A stretch of 36,039 nucleotides of DNA. It comes from Parcubacteria group bacterium (GTDB taxonomy: Bacteria > Patescibacteriota > JABMPQ01). The stretch is taken from contig JBDRPV010000126.1 of NCBI GenBank assembly GCA_043826745.1, positions 1-36,039 of the forward strand, read 5' to 3'. The notes below the pieces were generated by a model, which did no database searches, was not told the origin of the DNA, and worked only from the letters and a program-made list of their open reading frames with translations. Position numbers and translations under genes: made by a program. Of this stretch, positions 1 through 9,890 are shown piece by piece. How positions within the stretch are numbered: the first letter of the stretch is position 1; each line of letters opens with the position of its first letter.

Positions 1-1587
1 ATAAACCGTGCCACCATTAGCAACGGTAGCAGTCCAACTAGCCACTTGTAACGGAGTAGTCAGAACATCCCCCTGCCCAATAGCCATATGATAAGTATCC
101 CCCAAATACCACTCTTCTCCCTTTTCTTTTTCCTTCCACTCGGGGGTGGGAATTAAACCCAGTTTCTCACCAGGTAAATCTATGCCTGTCTTACTTCCTA
201 GACCAAATTTTTGATAATATTTTTCTAATTTTTCCGCTCCCAGTCCCTCTCGACTTTCATAACCCCCTCCTACCACGTAGAAATAAATATCGGATGATTT
301 AGCAACAGCACTATACACATCCATCGGACCCAAACCGGCTAAGTTCCAGCCCACAAAGTTATAAACGACATCCGGATTATACTTGTTGGGTACACTAATC
401 GATCCAGTATCTTCAATAACAGTATGCTCATTAATTATCCCCTCCTCAAGCGCAGCAGTGGCTACTACTGGCTTGATGGTAGAACCGGGAGGATACGTGC
501 CATTAACCACCCTATTAAAAAGGGGTTTATCCTCATCATTGATTAGGCGATCATAATCCTCCGACAAGATGCCTCCCGTGAAAACATTGTTATCATAAGT
601 AGGCACACTCGTCAAAGAAAGTATTTTACCACTATGCGGTTCCAATATAACCACCGCTGCTTTTTTAGCTCCGATTTCCTCCAAACTATCAGTTACTATT
701 TCATTGATCTTGATTTGTATTTCTTTATCAATTGTTAAAATAAGATCACTACCCGCTACCGGCTCATTGACAGCCACTACTTCTTTGACTTTCCCGCGGG
801 AATCTACTTCCACTTGCTCTTTGCCATGTTGACCACGCAATTCTTGTTCATAGTAATTTTCCAGTCCGCTTTTCCCCAGCCAGTCGGTAGATTGGTAATC
901 ATCTGTCTGCAACTCGTCAAATTCTGCTTCCGTTATTTTTCCCACATACCCTAATATATGGGAAAAGGCTAAGGCGTCTTCATAATAACGCATAGTATTA
1001 ATTCCGATATCGACTCCGGGCCAATCTGGCAACCGGGGCTGGAGATATAAGCTTTTTTCTCTGTCCAGGTTGCGTTTTACCAATACTGGATTGTAAGAAG
1101 TAAAATTAACGTCTTCTAAAACGGCGGCAAACTCGGTAGCCGGGATTTCGGATTGGGACTGAACCTGATCCAAAATTCTATTTCTTTCCTCTTCTTCTTT
1201 GGGTAAATCGGCCGGGATGATAACTAAATCAAAACTGGGTATATTCCGCACTAATATGTTCCTATTGGCATCATATATTATGCCTCGAACCGTTTTTTTA
1301 ATATTTATTCTAAACCTGTTCTCAGCAGCTGCTTGCCTAAATTCGTCACCAGCTAACACTTGTAGTTGAGTTAATCGACCCAGAAGTAGTAAAAACATAA
1401 ATAGAATCAGAGCCGAGAATATTTTGATTTTGCCATAATCAAACAAGGGATTAACAGTTCTAACCTCTTTAGTATCCTGGTGACCAGTCCATAGAGCTTC
1501 GTCCCAATTTTCCATCACTTCACTACTATTCTGTTCCACCGCCTTATCTTCTAGATAATCCACGTGAAAAGGATCCTTTTTTTTCAT
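1..1587 (-). CDS. mrdA: Penicillin-binding protein 2 (peptidoglycan D,D-transpeptidase), first 529 codons; the 3' end runs off the window edge
   Basis: Absent from the ORF track because no stop lies in the window. My translation from the ATG at 1587 is in frame down to nt 1: MKKKDPFHVDYLED..., with a TM segment IFSALILFMFLLLL. It contains the transpeptidase motif PPGSTIKP (SxxK) and KSSDIYFY. The ATG overlaps the mreD stop (ATGA), and the gene sits in the conserved position after mreBCD. Confidence 0.85.
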   Translation of the reverse strand, partial: MKKKDPFHVDYLEDKAVEQNSSEVMENWDEALWTGHQDTKEVRTVNPLFDYGKIKIFSALILFMFLLLLGRLTQLQVLAGDEFRQAAAENRFRINIKKTVRGIIYDANRNILVRNIPSFDLVIIPADLPKEEEERNRILDQVQSQSEIPATEFAAVLEDVNFTSYNPVLVKRNLDREKSLYLQPRLPDWPGVDIGINTMRYYEDALAFSHILGYVGKITEAEFDELQTDDYQSTDWLGKSGLENYYEQELRGQHGKEQVEVDSRGKVKEVVAVNEPVAGSDLILTIDKEIQIKINEIVTDSLEEIGAKKAAVVILEPHSGKILSLTSVPTYDNNVFTGGILSEDYDRLINDEDKPLFNRVVNGTYPPGSTIKPVVATAALEEGIINEHTVIEDTGSISVPNKYNPDVVYNFVGWNLAGLGPMDVYSAVAKSSDIYFYVVGGGYESREGLGAEKLEKYYQKFGLGSKTGIDLPGEKLGLIPTPEWKEKEKGEEWYLGDTYHMAIGQGDVLTTPLQVASWTATVANGGTVY

Positions 1588-2117
1588 AATCTATTTTTAA
1601 CACTAGCCATAAATTCGTTAATAACTTTTTGGTATTTAGCTAAGAGAGGGAAAATAATCAACATTGCCGCTATATTAACTATCACGCTTATTAACATGGT
1701 TAAAAAAACATGAGCCGAGAGATCAATCTTAGCCTGAGGAGAAAAAATAATATAAAGTAACCATGGTAGTAAAATAACCAGTAAACAATAAATTAAAGAA
1801 GTGAGACCACATAACCAGACTCGCATATAGTATTTATCAAAACTAATCACTGTATTTAATATTAAATACAGCATAAGAACAACGAGCAGTAGGGAGATCA
1901 TAAAAACACTAAAATTAGCTGAGGAAAAAATATCTAACAACGCCCCGCCGCCAATTGCCCAAAAAACTGCCTCTTGATAATCACCAAGTAGGCTCCAGCA
2001 AAACACAACTACTAATAAGATGCTGGGCAGAGAACCACGGGCAGAGAGATGAGGGAGGAAAGATGTTTGGATGATTACAACCAGAAAAATACCTATTAGT
2101 GATATAAGCCTTTTCAC
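1584..2117 (-). CDS. mreD: Rod shape-determining protein MreD (polytopic membrane protein)
   Basis: 177 aa, almost entirely hydrophobic with about 5 TM segments. It lies directly after mreC with a GTGA start/stop overlap and before PBP2. The call rests on synteny and composition rather than a diagnostic motif. Confidence 0.65.
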   Translation of the reverse strand: MKRLISLIGIFLVVIIQTSFLPHLSARGSLPSILLVVVFCWSLLGDYQEAVFWAIGGGALLDIFSSANFSVFMISLLLVVLMLYLILNTVISFDKYYMRVWLCGLTSLIYCLLVILLPWLLYIIFSPQAKIDLSAHVFLTMLISVIVNIAAMLIIFPLLAKYQKVINEFMASVKNRL

Positions 2118-2920
2118 CAGTTTGTAATTACATATACTAAACGCAAATCATGAAAATTGAACATCGGTTTGACTTTGGCTTTCTGAAAGAGAGCATTATT
2201 GCTAGTACTAATTTCTTCTACTTCTCCCAATAGTAGTCCACGCGGGAATAACTGGCCAATACCAGAAGTTACCACTAAATCACCTACTTTTACTTCTTTA
2301 TCTTGCGGAATCATATCCATCACTAAAGCTAGGTTATGCTCACCAGTAACTATGCCAGTAGCGCCAGAATTAACCACCTCAGCGTTAATCTTACTGCGCG
2401 AATCAACCACTGGCAGGATGCTAGCTGTGGTTGCTTCCGCCTCAAGGATTTGACCTACCAGCACACCATCAGATAAAACTACTGGCATGCTTTTATCAAC
2501 ACTGTCTTCTTTCCCCCGATCAACTCCGAGAGAGAAAAACAGATTATTTGGATCCCGACTAATCACAAAAGAGGGGACCATCTCTTCTTCTCGTTCGCCG
2601 ACAAATCCTAATTCCTCACGCAGCATTTTATTTTCACTCGTCAAAGCCTTTACTTGACTTTTACTGACATAAAGACTCCTCACTTTTTCCTCTAGAGCCT
2701 TATTTTGCTGCTCTAGCTCGCGAATAGAAACCACCAAACGAGAATAAGTAGAAATTTTCTCTCCCACATCATAAAAATAAGACTGGATCGGGGAAAGACC
2801 AGCCTTTAAGACATTAGTAAGTGGCCGCAGGAGGTTAGTACTATTCAAAATAAAAAATAGAGCGACCAAAACCACACTGACAAGTAGAAATAGAGAACCG
2901 GGGAAACTTTTAAACTTCAT
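2114..2920 (-). CDS. mreC: Rod shape-determining protein MreC
   Basis: 268 aa with an N-terminal TM helix and a coiled-coil region (ELEQQNKALEEKVRSL). The C-terminal beta domain carries the typical GDLVVTSGIGQLFPRGLLLGEV block. It is 13 nt downstream of mreB. Confidence 0.85.
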   Translation of the reverse strand: MKFKSFPGSLFLLVSVVLVALFFILNSTNLLRPLTNVLKAGLSPIQSYFYDVGEKISTYSRLVVSIRELEQQNKALEEKVRSLYVSKSQVKALTSENKMLREELGFVGEREEEMVPSFVISRDPNNLFFSLGVDRGKEDSVDKSMPVVLSDGVLVGQILEAEATTASILPVVDSRSKINAEVVNSGATGIVTGEHNLALVMDMIPQDKEVKVGDLVVTSGIGQLFPRGLLLGEVEEISTSNNALFQKAKVKPMFNFHDLRLVYVITNW

Positions 2921-2933
2921 ACTGTTAACCCCT

Positions 2934-3995
2934 TTATTTCTTTATTATCATACCATCTTCAGGAGAAACTAGGACATCTTTTAAGCTATCAATATCCTCC
3001 AAGATTATGCCCGTGCCACGCACTACACATGTCAGAGGATCATCAGCCAGAAAAACAGGAATTTTCGTTTGTTCGGTGATTAGCTTGTCTAAGCCTCTCA
3101 GTAATACCCCACCCCCAGCTAAAACAATCCCATTGCACATTATATCAGCCACCAACTCCGGCGGAGTTTCTTCAATTACCATTTTGATATTATCAACAAT
3201 GATATGAACTGAGCGAGCGATTGCTTTTCTAACATCCCCATCCAGAACCTTAACTTCTTTGGGTAAGCCAGTAACCAAATCTCGACCACGCATAACAGTC
3301 TGCAACGGTTTTTTTAGGGGAATAGCTGAGCCCACCGCTATTTTAATTTCTTCGGCTGTCCGCTCTCCTAGCAATAAATTAAGCTCATCGCGAGCGAATT
3401 GAATGATATTTTCGTTCATCTCATCCCCAGCTACTCGCAGCGACTTAGCCACCACTACTCCTCCGAGAGATAGTATTGCGATTTCGGTAGTGCCTCCGCC
3501 AATATCAACAATCATACTACCGGCCGCATCCTGGACTGGTAACCGAGCTCCAATAGCAGCCGCCATCGGCTCTTCTACTAGAAATGTCTGACGAGCACCA
3601 GCACTCTTGGCGGCGTCTTCTACCGCTTTTTTCTCCACCTCAGTTACTCCGGAAGGGATACCAATTACTACCCGAGGGCGGGGCAAGAGAGAAAAACTGC
3701 CTTTGTGCACCTTTTCCACAAAATATTTAAGCATTTGTTCGGTGATCTCAAAATCGGATACTACTCCATCTACTAACGGACGACTAGCAACAATGTGAGC
3801 TGGGGTCTTTCCGACCATTTTACGAGCTTCAGTACCAATAGCTAATATCTGACCGGTGCGTTTATTGACTGCTACTACTGACGGTTCGTTAATGACAATC
3901 CCTTCATTTTTTACGTAAACTAAAGTATTAGCGGTACCAAGATCGATACCGATATCTTTGGAGAACTTTCCTAGAATGTCACTTATTATTGGCAT
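2934..3995 (-). CDS. mreB: Actin-like rod-shape protein MreB (copy 1, in the mreBCD-mrdA operon)
   Basis: 353 aa. Actin-fold phosphate and adenosine motifs are present: GIDLGTANTLVYV, MIVDIGGGTTEIA and IVLAGGGVLLRGLD. The start overlaps the proS stop by 10 nt. Confidence 0.95.
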   Translation of the reverse strand: MPIISDILGKFSKDIGIDLGTANTLVYVKNEGIVINEPSVVAVNKRTGQILAIGTEARKMVGKTPAHIVASRPLVDGVVSDFEITEQMLKYFVEKVHKGSFSLLPRPRVVIGIPSGVTEVEKKAVEDAAKSAGARQTFLVEEPMAAAIGARLPVQDAAGSMIVDIGGGTTEIAILSLGGVVVAKSLRVAGDEMNENIIQFARDELNLLLGERTAEEIKIAVGSAIPLKKPLQTVMRGRDLVTGLPKEVKVLDGDVRKAIARSVHIIVDNIKMVIEETPPELVADIMCNGIVLAGGGVLLRGLDKLITEQTKIPVFLADDPLTCVVRGTGIILEDIDSLKDVLVSPEDGMIIKK

Positions 3996-5227
3996 AATGA
4001 ATCAATATCTAACTTCTTCAAAGGCATAATTTCAACTTTATCACTATCTCGCCTTTTCACCTCGCAGCCGCCATTTTCCAATGTTTTTGCGCTTATGATC
4101 AGGCGTACGGGCATTCCTAAGAGATCCGCATCAGCCAATTTCTGACCTACTCCTGTATCCAAACGGTCATCATATAATACTCCAACATTCTCTGCCTGTA
4201 AAGTCTTATACAACTTGTCACTCTCACTTTTTACCTGGTCGTTTTTATCAGCACCGATAGGAATTAAATGTGCTCTAAAGGGAGCAACATTAGTCGGCCA
4301 GATGATCCCCACCTCATCATGATGCACCTCGACAATTGCCCCCATTAATCTAGATATTCCGATACCATAACAACCCATAATCACATCCTGCTCTTGACCT
4401 TTCTCATCGGTGTAGGTGAGACCAAAATCCTTGGCATATTTGCTACCCAACTTAAATATATTACCGACCTCAATCGCTTTATTTTTCTCCAATTCACCCT
4501 GACAATCGGGACATTTATCACCGGTAAAAATTTCTTTGTTTTGGTGCAAATCACACTTAGAGCAAGAGAAAACAATGTCTTCTCCGTGAGGGGTAAAGAC
4601 CTGAAACTCATCGGAAAACTTAGAAAAAGTCCCACCACTAGCCTTTACCAACTTGGCATCTAAGCCACAACGACTAAAAATATTCTGATACGCAGTAATA
4701 AACTTCTTATAATATTTGTCCAGATCAGCTTGATCACGATGAAAGCTGTATAAATCTTTCATGTTGAATTCCCGCCCGCGCAACAAGCCTGATTTAGAAC
4801 GAGGTTCATCACGAAACTTAGTTTGTATCTGGTACAAAGATACCGGTAAGTCCCGATAAGAATTAACGTATTTGCCTACTAACGGGGTGACCACCTCCTC
4901 ATGACTGGCTCCCAAGGCATATTCTTTATCACCCGAACCTTTTAATTTAAATAAAACATCAAATCCTTCCCAACGACCAGTCTTTTGCCAGTTGGATTTG
5001 GGAGAAAGAGCCGGCATCAATATCTCTTGACCACCAAGCTTGTTCATCTCTGCTCGTACAATCTCTTGGATATTATTAAGCACTTTTAAACCCAAAGGTA
5101 AATAGCTATAAACTCCGGCCACTAATTTATCAACATAGCCGGCTCGCAATAATAGCTGGGCGTTTAGACTGACCTCATCAGGAGGAGTTTCTTTTTGGGT
5201 TTTACTGAATAAAGTGGATTGATACAT
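3986..5227 (-). CDS. proS: Prolyl-tRNA synthetase, short bacterial-type form lacking the INS editing domain
   Basis: 413 aa. Class II motifs are present: FRDEPRSKSGLLRGREFNMKD (motif 2 region) and GCYGIGISRLMGAIVE (motif 3). There is a C-terminal anticodon-binding region. A roughly 25-aa CxxC...CxxC segment sits where the editing insertion is normally found. Confidence 0.9.
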   Translation of the reverse strand: MYQSTLFSKTQKETPPDEVSLNAQLLLRAGYVDKLVAGVYSYLPLGLKVLNNIQEIVRAEMNKLGGQEILMPALSPKSNWQKTGRWEGFDVLFKLKGSGDKEYALGASHEEVVTPLVGKYVNSYRDLPVSLYQIQTKFRDEPRSKSGLLRGREFNMKDLYSFHRDQADLDKYYKKFITAYQNIFSRCGLDAKLVKASGGTFSKFSDEFQVFTPHGEDIVFSCSKCDLHQNKEIFTGDKCPDCQGELEKNKAIEVGNIFKLGSKYAKDFGLTYTDEKGQEQDVIMGCYGIGISRLMGAIVEVHHDEVGIIWPTNVAPFRAHLIPIGADKNDQVKSESDKLYKTLQAENVGVLYDDRLDTGVGQKLADADLLGMPVRLIISAKTLENGGCEVKRRDSDKVEIMPLKKLDIDSLCQ

Positions 5228-5231
5228 TTTA

Positions 5232-6398
5232 TTATTGTCCGATTATTTTTTGGCCGAGATTAATAAAGATATCTCTAAATTTAAATACGTCCCGAAAAGT
5301 AATCGCTAACATTAAAAGTAACAACAGAACAAAACCAATCATATGGATGGTATTTTCTAGCCTGCGCCCCACCTTCTTGCCCCGAATTTTTTCTACCGCT
5401 AGAAATATCAAACGCCCTCCATCCAGGGCTGGGATAGGAAACAAATTGATTATTGCTAAATTCACACTCAGAATAGCAATAAATTGCAGAATATAAACGT
5501 AGCCCATCCGGGCCATTTGACCGGTCATGACAGCAATGCCAACTGGTCCACTTATTTCTTCCGTCACGCCAGCGCCAACCAGAAGATTTTTGATAATGTT
5601 AAATAAAGCCAACACAATAGCCACCAATAGAGCAAAAGTGCCAACTATCCCCTTTATTATCGCTTGGTGCCAAGGATATGAAACAATACCCGTCTCCACC
5701 AGGGAAACCCCAACTGGTCCGTCATTTTCGGGAAACGAGCTGCGGGGCGTCAGAGACAATTCCTGCTCCTGCTCTTCTCTCTTAATTCCCACGGTAATCT
5801 CTTGGTCTTGACTGGCTTTGGTCAATTCTTGTACTTGCTCAACATCATCTATTACTTGACCGGCTACCGACAAAACTTGGTCACCAACCTGGATACCAGC
5901 CAGCGCCGCCGGAGAACCATCACTGATGGCCATTACCTGAACCTTTCGCTCCCTCACTTGACTATCAGACACACTTTCATCGATAGCCACTGGCAAACCT
6001 ATTTTAAAACCAGCAATTAATAAAATCATTGCTAGTAAAATATTCATCGTTACACCAGCAATTAGAATTAGACTCCGTTGCCATATTTTCTTGTTGGCAA
6101 AACTATCCTCATCGTTTAAGGCATTATCGTCTTCGCCTTTGATTTTACAAAAACCGCCGATTGGCAACCAATTGAGAGAGTAAACTGTCGGCGCATTAGG
6201 ATCTGTCTCTTTATTACCGATAACTTTCTTCCACTTACCGTGACGGTCACGATAAATTCCCGCAATCCGGGGCGGGAAACCCATACCAAATTCTTCTACC
6301 TTAACACCCATCCTTCGAGCCATAACAAAATGACCTAACTCATGAACGAATATGAGAAGCCCGAGTATTAGAATGAATAGGATTATTGTGGTTAGCAT
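5232..6398 (-). CDS. rseP: Site-2 (M50) intramembrane zinc metalloprotease RseP with one PDZ domain
   Basis: 388 aa. HELGH zinc motif in TM1 (VHELGHFVMAR), a central PDZ-like segment (GSPAALAGIQVGDQVLSVAG) and a C-terminal NLFPIPALDGG motif. Confidence 0.9.
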   Translation of the reverse strand: MLTTIILFILILGLLIFVHELGHFVMARRMGVKVEEFGMGFPPRIAGIYRDRHGKWKKVIGNKETDPNAPTVYSLNWLPIGGFCKIKGEDDNALNDEDSFANKKIWQRSLILIAGVTMNILLAMILLIAGFKIGLPVAIDESVSDSQVRERKVQVMAISDGSPAALAGIQVGDQVLSVAGQVIDDVEQVQELTKASQDQEITVGIKREEQEQELSLTPRSSFPENDGPVGVSLVETGIVSYPWHQAIIKGIVGTFALLVAIVLALFNIIKNLLVGAGVTEEISGPVGIAVMTGQMARMGYVYILQFIAILSVNLAIINLFPIPALDGGRLIFLAVEKIRGKKVGRRLENTIHMIGFVLLLLLMLAITFRDVFKFRDIFINLGQKIIGQ

Positions 6399-6403
6399 AT
6401 AAA

Positions 6404-6467
6404 GGGTTACGGTTTGCGGGTTACAGGTTACTTATCAGCCTTTAGCTGGTAACTCGTAACCGGTAAC
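6404..6467. repeat. Simple-sequence intergenic hairpin: three GTTAC units facing three GTAAC units
   Basis: GTTAC occurs at 6406, 6420 and 6427. GTAAC occurs at 6449, 6456 and 6463. A small inner hairpin CAGC-CTTTA-GCTG sits between them. The element fills the frr stop to rseP start gap. Confidence 0.7.
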
Positions 6468-6477
6468 TAATCAACTC

Positions 6478-7035
6478 CTACACTGTCATCACTTCCTGCT
6501 CCTTTTTCTTTTCCGCGTCTCCAATCTTATCATTAATCTCGCCTACTGTTTTATCAAGTTCTTCTTGGGCTTTGTACTTGTCATCTTCGGTAACTTGACC
6601 GCTACTGGTCAGTTCCTTAATTTCTTTCCAGGTCTTTTCCCGAGCGTTCCGGACAATGATCTTAGCTTCTTCTGCTTTCTGACCAATGACCTTAGCTAGC
6701 TCCTGACGCCTCTCTTCGTTAAGCTCCGGAAATATCACTCGCACAACGTCTTTTTCTGCCATACAACTTAGACCTAAATCAGATTGAGTAATAGCACTCT
6801 CAACTGCTTTAAGTGAACCTTTGTCATAAGGCTGAACGGTCAACATCCTCACGTCAGTTACGTTGATGGTCGCTAATTGTTTTAAGGGCGTTTTGGCACC
6901 ATAGCAATCAACTACTAGATCTTCAATCAGAGCCGGAGAAGCCTTCCCGACCCGTAATTTGCCAAATTCCTTACTTAAATAATCCAGCGCTTTTTCCATC
7001 TCTTGCTTAGACTCAGTAATTTTTTGTTGATACAT
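6478..7035 (-). CDS. frr: Ribosome recycling factor
   Basis: 185 aa with the typical RRF sequence: LRVGKASPALIEDLVVDCYG..., IFPELNEERRQELAK, and a charged C-terminal helix. Confidence 0.95.
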   Translation of the reverse strand: MYQQKITESKQEMEKALDYLSKEFGKLRVGKASPALIEDLVVDCYGAKTPLKQLATINVTDVRMLTVQPYDKGSLKAVESAITQSDLGLSCMAEKDVVRVIFPELNEERRQELAKVIGQKAEEAKIIVRNAREKTWKEIKELTSSGQVTEDDKYKAQEELDKTVGEINDKIGDAEKKKEQEVMTV

Positions 7036-7067
7036 ATATTTTTAGTTAGATTGTAGCGAGTAGGTAA

Positions 7068-8117
7068 TTACTGCTGACTCGACAAAACCGTTGTATACAA
7101 AACTGAGGTGTCGCTCGGATCCACTGCCAATCCACGCAGTTTGCCAGTGGTAAACTGTTTAACTGACCAATTTTCTCCACCATCAGAGGTTTTATACAAA
7201 TTAGAATCGAAAGTGAAATATATTTTTTGAGCGTCTTTAGGATCAACGGCAACATTGGTAACTGTATACATATTTGGGTTAGATAAAATGTTCATTTTCT
7301 GCCAAGTCTGGCCCCAATCATGGGAAGCTAAAAGCCCGACCTGACCAATAAGATAAATATATTTTTCTTCTTGGGGATGAACAACGATATCAAGAATGTA
7401 GCTTTTTTCACCAATTGGTTCTATTTTATCACCGATATCAGTCACTGTCTCACCGCCATCATTGCTTTGATAAAGACTATCACTGGAAACTATTATAAGT
7501 TGTCGACTATCCTGGTAGCTAACGGCAATTTTTTCTACCCACTCATCCTCCTCAAACCATCTGATCGCTACCCAGCTGCGTCCGCTATCTTTACTCTTGA
7601 GTAAGGCTCCGAAGCTTGTACCGGCATACAATGTACGGGGATCATACCAATCAACTGCCACATCATTGACTATAGTATCATCACTAGTCTCGGCATAAAC
7701 TTCTTCCCAATTGCTGCCACCATCTGAACTTTTGTGAATCTGGCCAATATCAGCCACACTACCAGCGGCATAGATAACTGAACTGTCATTTGGATTGAAT
7801 TCTAGCGAATATATTGCTCCTATCTGCAAAGATGTTTCTTGCCAAGTCTCCCCACCATCAGAGCTTCGGTAAATACCGTTTTCCTTAGTGCCGACAATAA
7901 CATTATTTGAATCGTTGCCATCAATTGCCACTTCATTCACACTTAAGCCGGAAATGTTATTCTTATCATCTATCTTTACTTTCTGTTCCCAGGTTTCCCC
8001 ACCGTCAGTTGATTTATAGATACCCGCATCTCTGGGTTCCTTATTGCCACAGCTCAAACCCAACAACGGCAATGAGGCGCATAATAATGAAATTAAGATA
8101 ATTTTATACTTGGTCAT
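7068..8117 (-). CDS. Probable lipoprotein with BNR/Asp-box repeats (Ycf48/sortilin-like beta-propeller)
   Basis: 349 aa. The signal peptide ends LLGLSC. At least seven SxDxGxTW-type Asp-boxes are present: STDGGETW, SSDGGETW, SSDGGSNW, SKDSGRSW, SNDGGETV, SHDWGQTW and TSDGGENW. The start overlaps the holB stop by 14 nt. Confidence 0.65.
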   Translation of the reverse strand: MTKYKIILISLLCASLPLLGLSCGNKEPRDAGIYKSTDGGETWEQKVKIDDKNNISGLSVNEVAIDGNDSNNVIVGTKENGIYRSSDGGETWQETSLQIGAIYSLEFNPNDSSVIYAAGSVADIGQIHKSSDGGSNWEEVYAETSDDTIVNDVAVDWYDPRTLYAGTSFGALLKSKDSGRSWVAIRWFEEDEWVEKIAVSYQDSRQLIIVSSDSLYQSNDGGETVTDIGDKIEPIGEKSYILDIVVHPQEEKYIYLIGQVGLLASHDWGQTWQKMNILSNPNMYTVTNVAVDPKDAQKIYFTFDSNLYKTSDGGENWSVKQFTTGKLRGLAVDPSDTSVLYTTVLSSQQ

Positions 8118-9102
8118 GGTGTAACATTACAATAAAATTTTCGATAATAAGTTTTGGATTTACGTTTTGCGACAATAAACTGTTCGCTTTCACTAGATAA
8201 CTTAGAATATCCTTGATCTGACATCCAGAAAATCGGTTAGTATTTGCCGTATCCTTTTCCATTAAAGCCAGCTCCGAACATTGAACTTTGTTAACAGCCA
8301 AGTCCCGAAAATATTCTGTCATTACACTGATAAACTCGCGCGCCTGTTCATTTTTAACCTTCCAACTACTAATCAACTGGAAGGACTGGTTAAGATCTTT
8401 ATTTAAAATTTGGAGTAGCTCTTGCTGACGCTCCTGCTGCCGAGGTAATTCATCACTGTTATTGAGATACTTTATAGCCAGTCCTGGTCGGCCAAAAGCA
8501 GCTTGGGCTATTTCCGCTAATACTGATGGGTCATTTTCATCCGCTAAGCCCTCGGCTATTTTCGATTTGGCCACCAAATTAAAATTGAAAATGACCGAGC
8601 GAGAAATCACAGTTGGGATAATACTTTCGATATTCTCAGCCAGCAAGATAAAAACTACTTTTTCCGCTGGTTCTTCTAGAATTTTTAAAATGGCATTGGC
8701 GGCCGACAAAGTAAAACAATCAGCTCCATCAATTATACATACTTTATACCCTCCAGTATAGGATTTTAGAGCCAGGCGATGTTGTATCTCCCGTATTTGA
8801 TCAATGCCGATTTTGCCCTTCTCTTTACTCGTTAGAGTGACATCGATCTGCTTGCCTGTTTCAATATCCAAACAATCTTTACATTCACCACAAGGCTTGA
8901 TCTCCCCTTGACAATACAAAGCCTTAGCAAATTCGGTAGCTACTTTCCGTTTACCGACTGACTGCGGACCGACAAATAGGTAAGCGTGATTAACCTTGCC
9001 CATCTCTAAGTGACGCTGCAGAGCCTCGACGACCGGTTGATGACCAATAACGTCCCAGGTTTTTGCTTTTGTTTCTTTCCCCATAACCCCAATATAGCAC
9101 AT
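8104..9102 (-). CDS. holB: DNA polymerase III delta-prime subunit (clamp-loader AAA+)
   Basis: 332 aa. Contains HAYLFVGPQSVGKRK (degenerate P-loop), a Cys cluster CQGEIKPCGECKDC, KVCIIDGAD (Walker B-like) and an SRS sensor motif (ISRS). An alternative ATG lies at 9084. Confidence 0.8.
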   Translation of the reverse strand: MCYIGVMGKETKAKTWDVIGHQPVVEALQRHLEMGKVNHAYLFVGPQSVGKRKVATEFAKALYCQGEIKPCGECKDCLDIETGKQIDVTLTSKEKGKIGIDQIREIQHRLALKSYTGGYKVCIIDGADCFTLSAANAILKILEEPAEKVVFILLAENIESIIPTVISRSVIFNFNLVAKSKIAEGLADENDPSVLAEIAQAAFGRPGLAIKYLNNSDELPRQQERQQELLQILNKDLNQSFQLISSWKVKNEQAREFISVMTEYFRDLAVNKVQCSELALMEKDTANTNRFSGCQIKDILSYLVKANSLLSQNVNPKLIIENFIVMLHHDQV

Positions 9103-9119
9103 CTAGCCAGTAAACTCTA

Positions 9120-9884
9120 TTATTTTTTTGTTATGACCTCTAGAAGCTTTTTGTGCAGATGGGGATTGGCAGCTATCATGCCCCTGCTCTTGAGAGTCCA
9201 AGGCTGACCCGCCAGATCAGTAACCTGACAGCCCGCCTCTTTTAGGACAACTACTCGAGCAGCATCATCCCAGACTGAATCATGAAGTGATAAGAGCCAG
9301 TCACGTTTGCCACTAGCCACCTGTATGCCAGCAAAAGCCGCACAACCAAATGAATTCATCCAAAATGGTTCCTGAAAAACACTGTTTATCAATTTAGAAT
9401 ATATACTGGCCGTCTTTTCGTTGATAGTTGTAAAACCCAAACCATAACTATGTTCCCATTCCTTGGTTTCAGAACATTTTATTTTTTTATCATTCAAATA
9501 GGCACCCTGGCCTATTTCGGCAAAAACTAACTGATTGTGAGTAGGATCACATATTGCTCCCATCACCATCTCACCTTTCCACACCAATCCTACCATCACC
9601 CCAAAAAGTGGTGTCCCAATAGAATAATTCCGCGTACCATCCAAGGGATCGATTATCCAAACATATTCGGCGTCCGTTTTGCTCTCGCCCCTCTCCTCGG
9701 AAATAATTCCGTGATCAGGGTATTTGCTGATTATTTGCTCCACCAAATAATCATTAGCAGCCAAATCAGCTTCCGTCACAACATCAGCTGCGTCAAGCTT
9801 AGTATATTTAACACCCACTTTACCAAATTTTTCTAATATAATCTGACCGGCTTGGTGGGTAATTTGTTTGATGAATTTTTGCAT
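9120..9884 (-). CDS. Inositol monophosphatase family protein (SuhB/CysQ-like)
   Basis: 254 aa with IMPase family motifs: GIISEERGE, WIIDPLDGTRNY and WDDAA near the C-terminus. Confidence 0.85.
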   Translation of the reverse strand: MQKFIKQITHQAGQIILEKFGKVGVKYTKLDAADVVTEADLAANDYLVEQIISKYPDHGIISEERGESKTDAEYVWIIDPLDGTRNYSIGTPLFGVMVGLVWKGEMVMGAICDPTHNQLVFAEIGQGAYLNDKKIKCSETKEWEHSYGLGFTTINEKTASIYSKLINSVFQEPFWMNSFGCAAFAGIQVASGKRDWLLSLHDSVWDDAARVVVLKEAGCQVTDLAGQPWTLKSRGMIAANPHLHKKLLEVITKK

Positions 9885-9890
9885 AGGTAT

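Noticed and set aside
7046-7255. 69-aa minus-strand ORF overlapping the 3' end of the BNR-repeat gene
   Set aside because: It is out of frame within the better-supported 349-aa ORF, which continues its Asp-box repeats through this region. It has no independent support.
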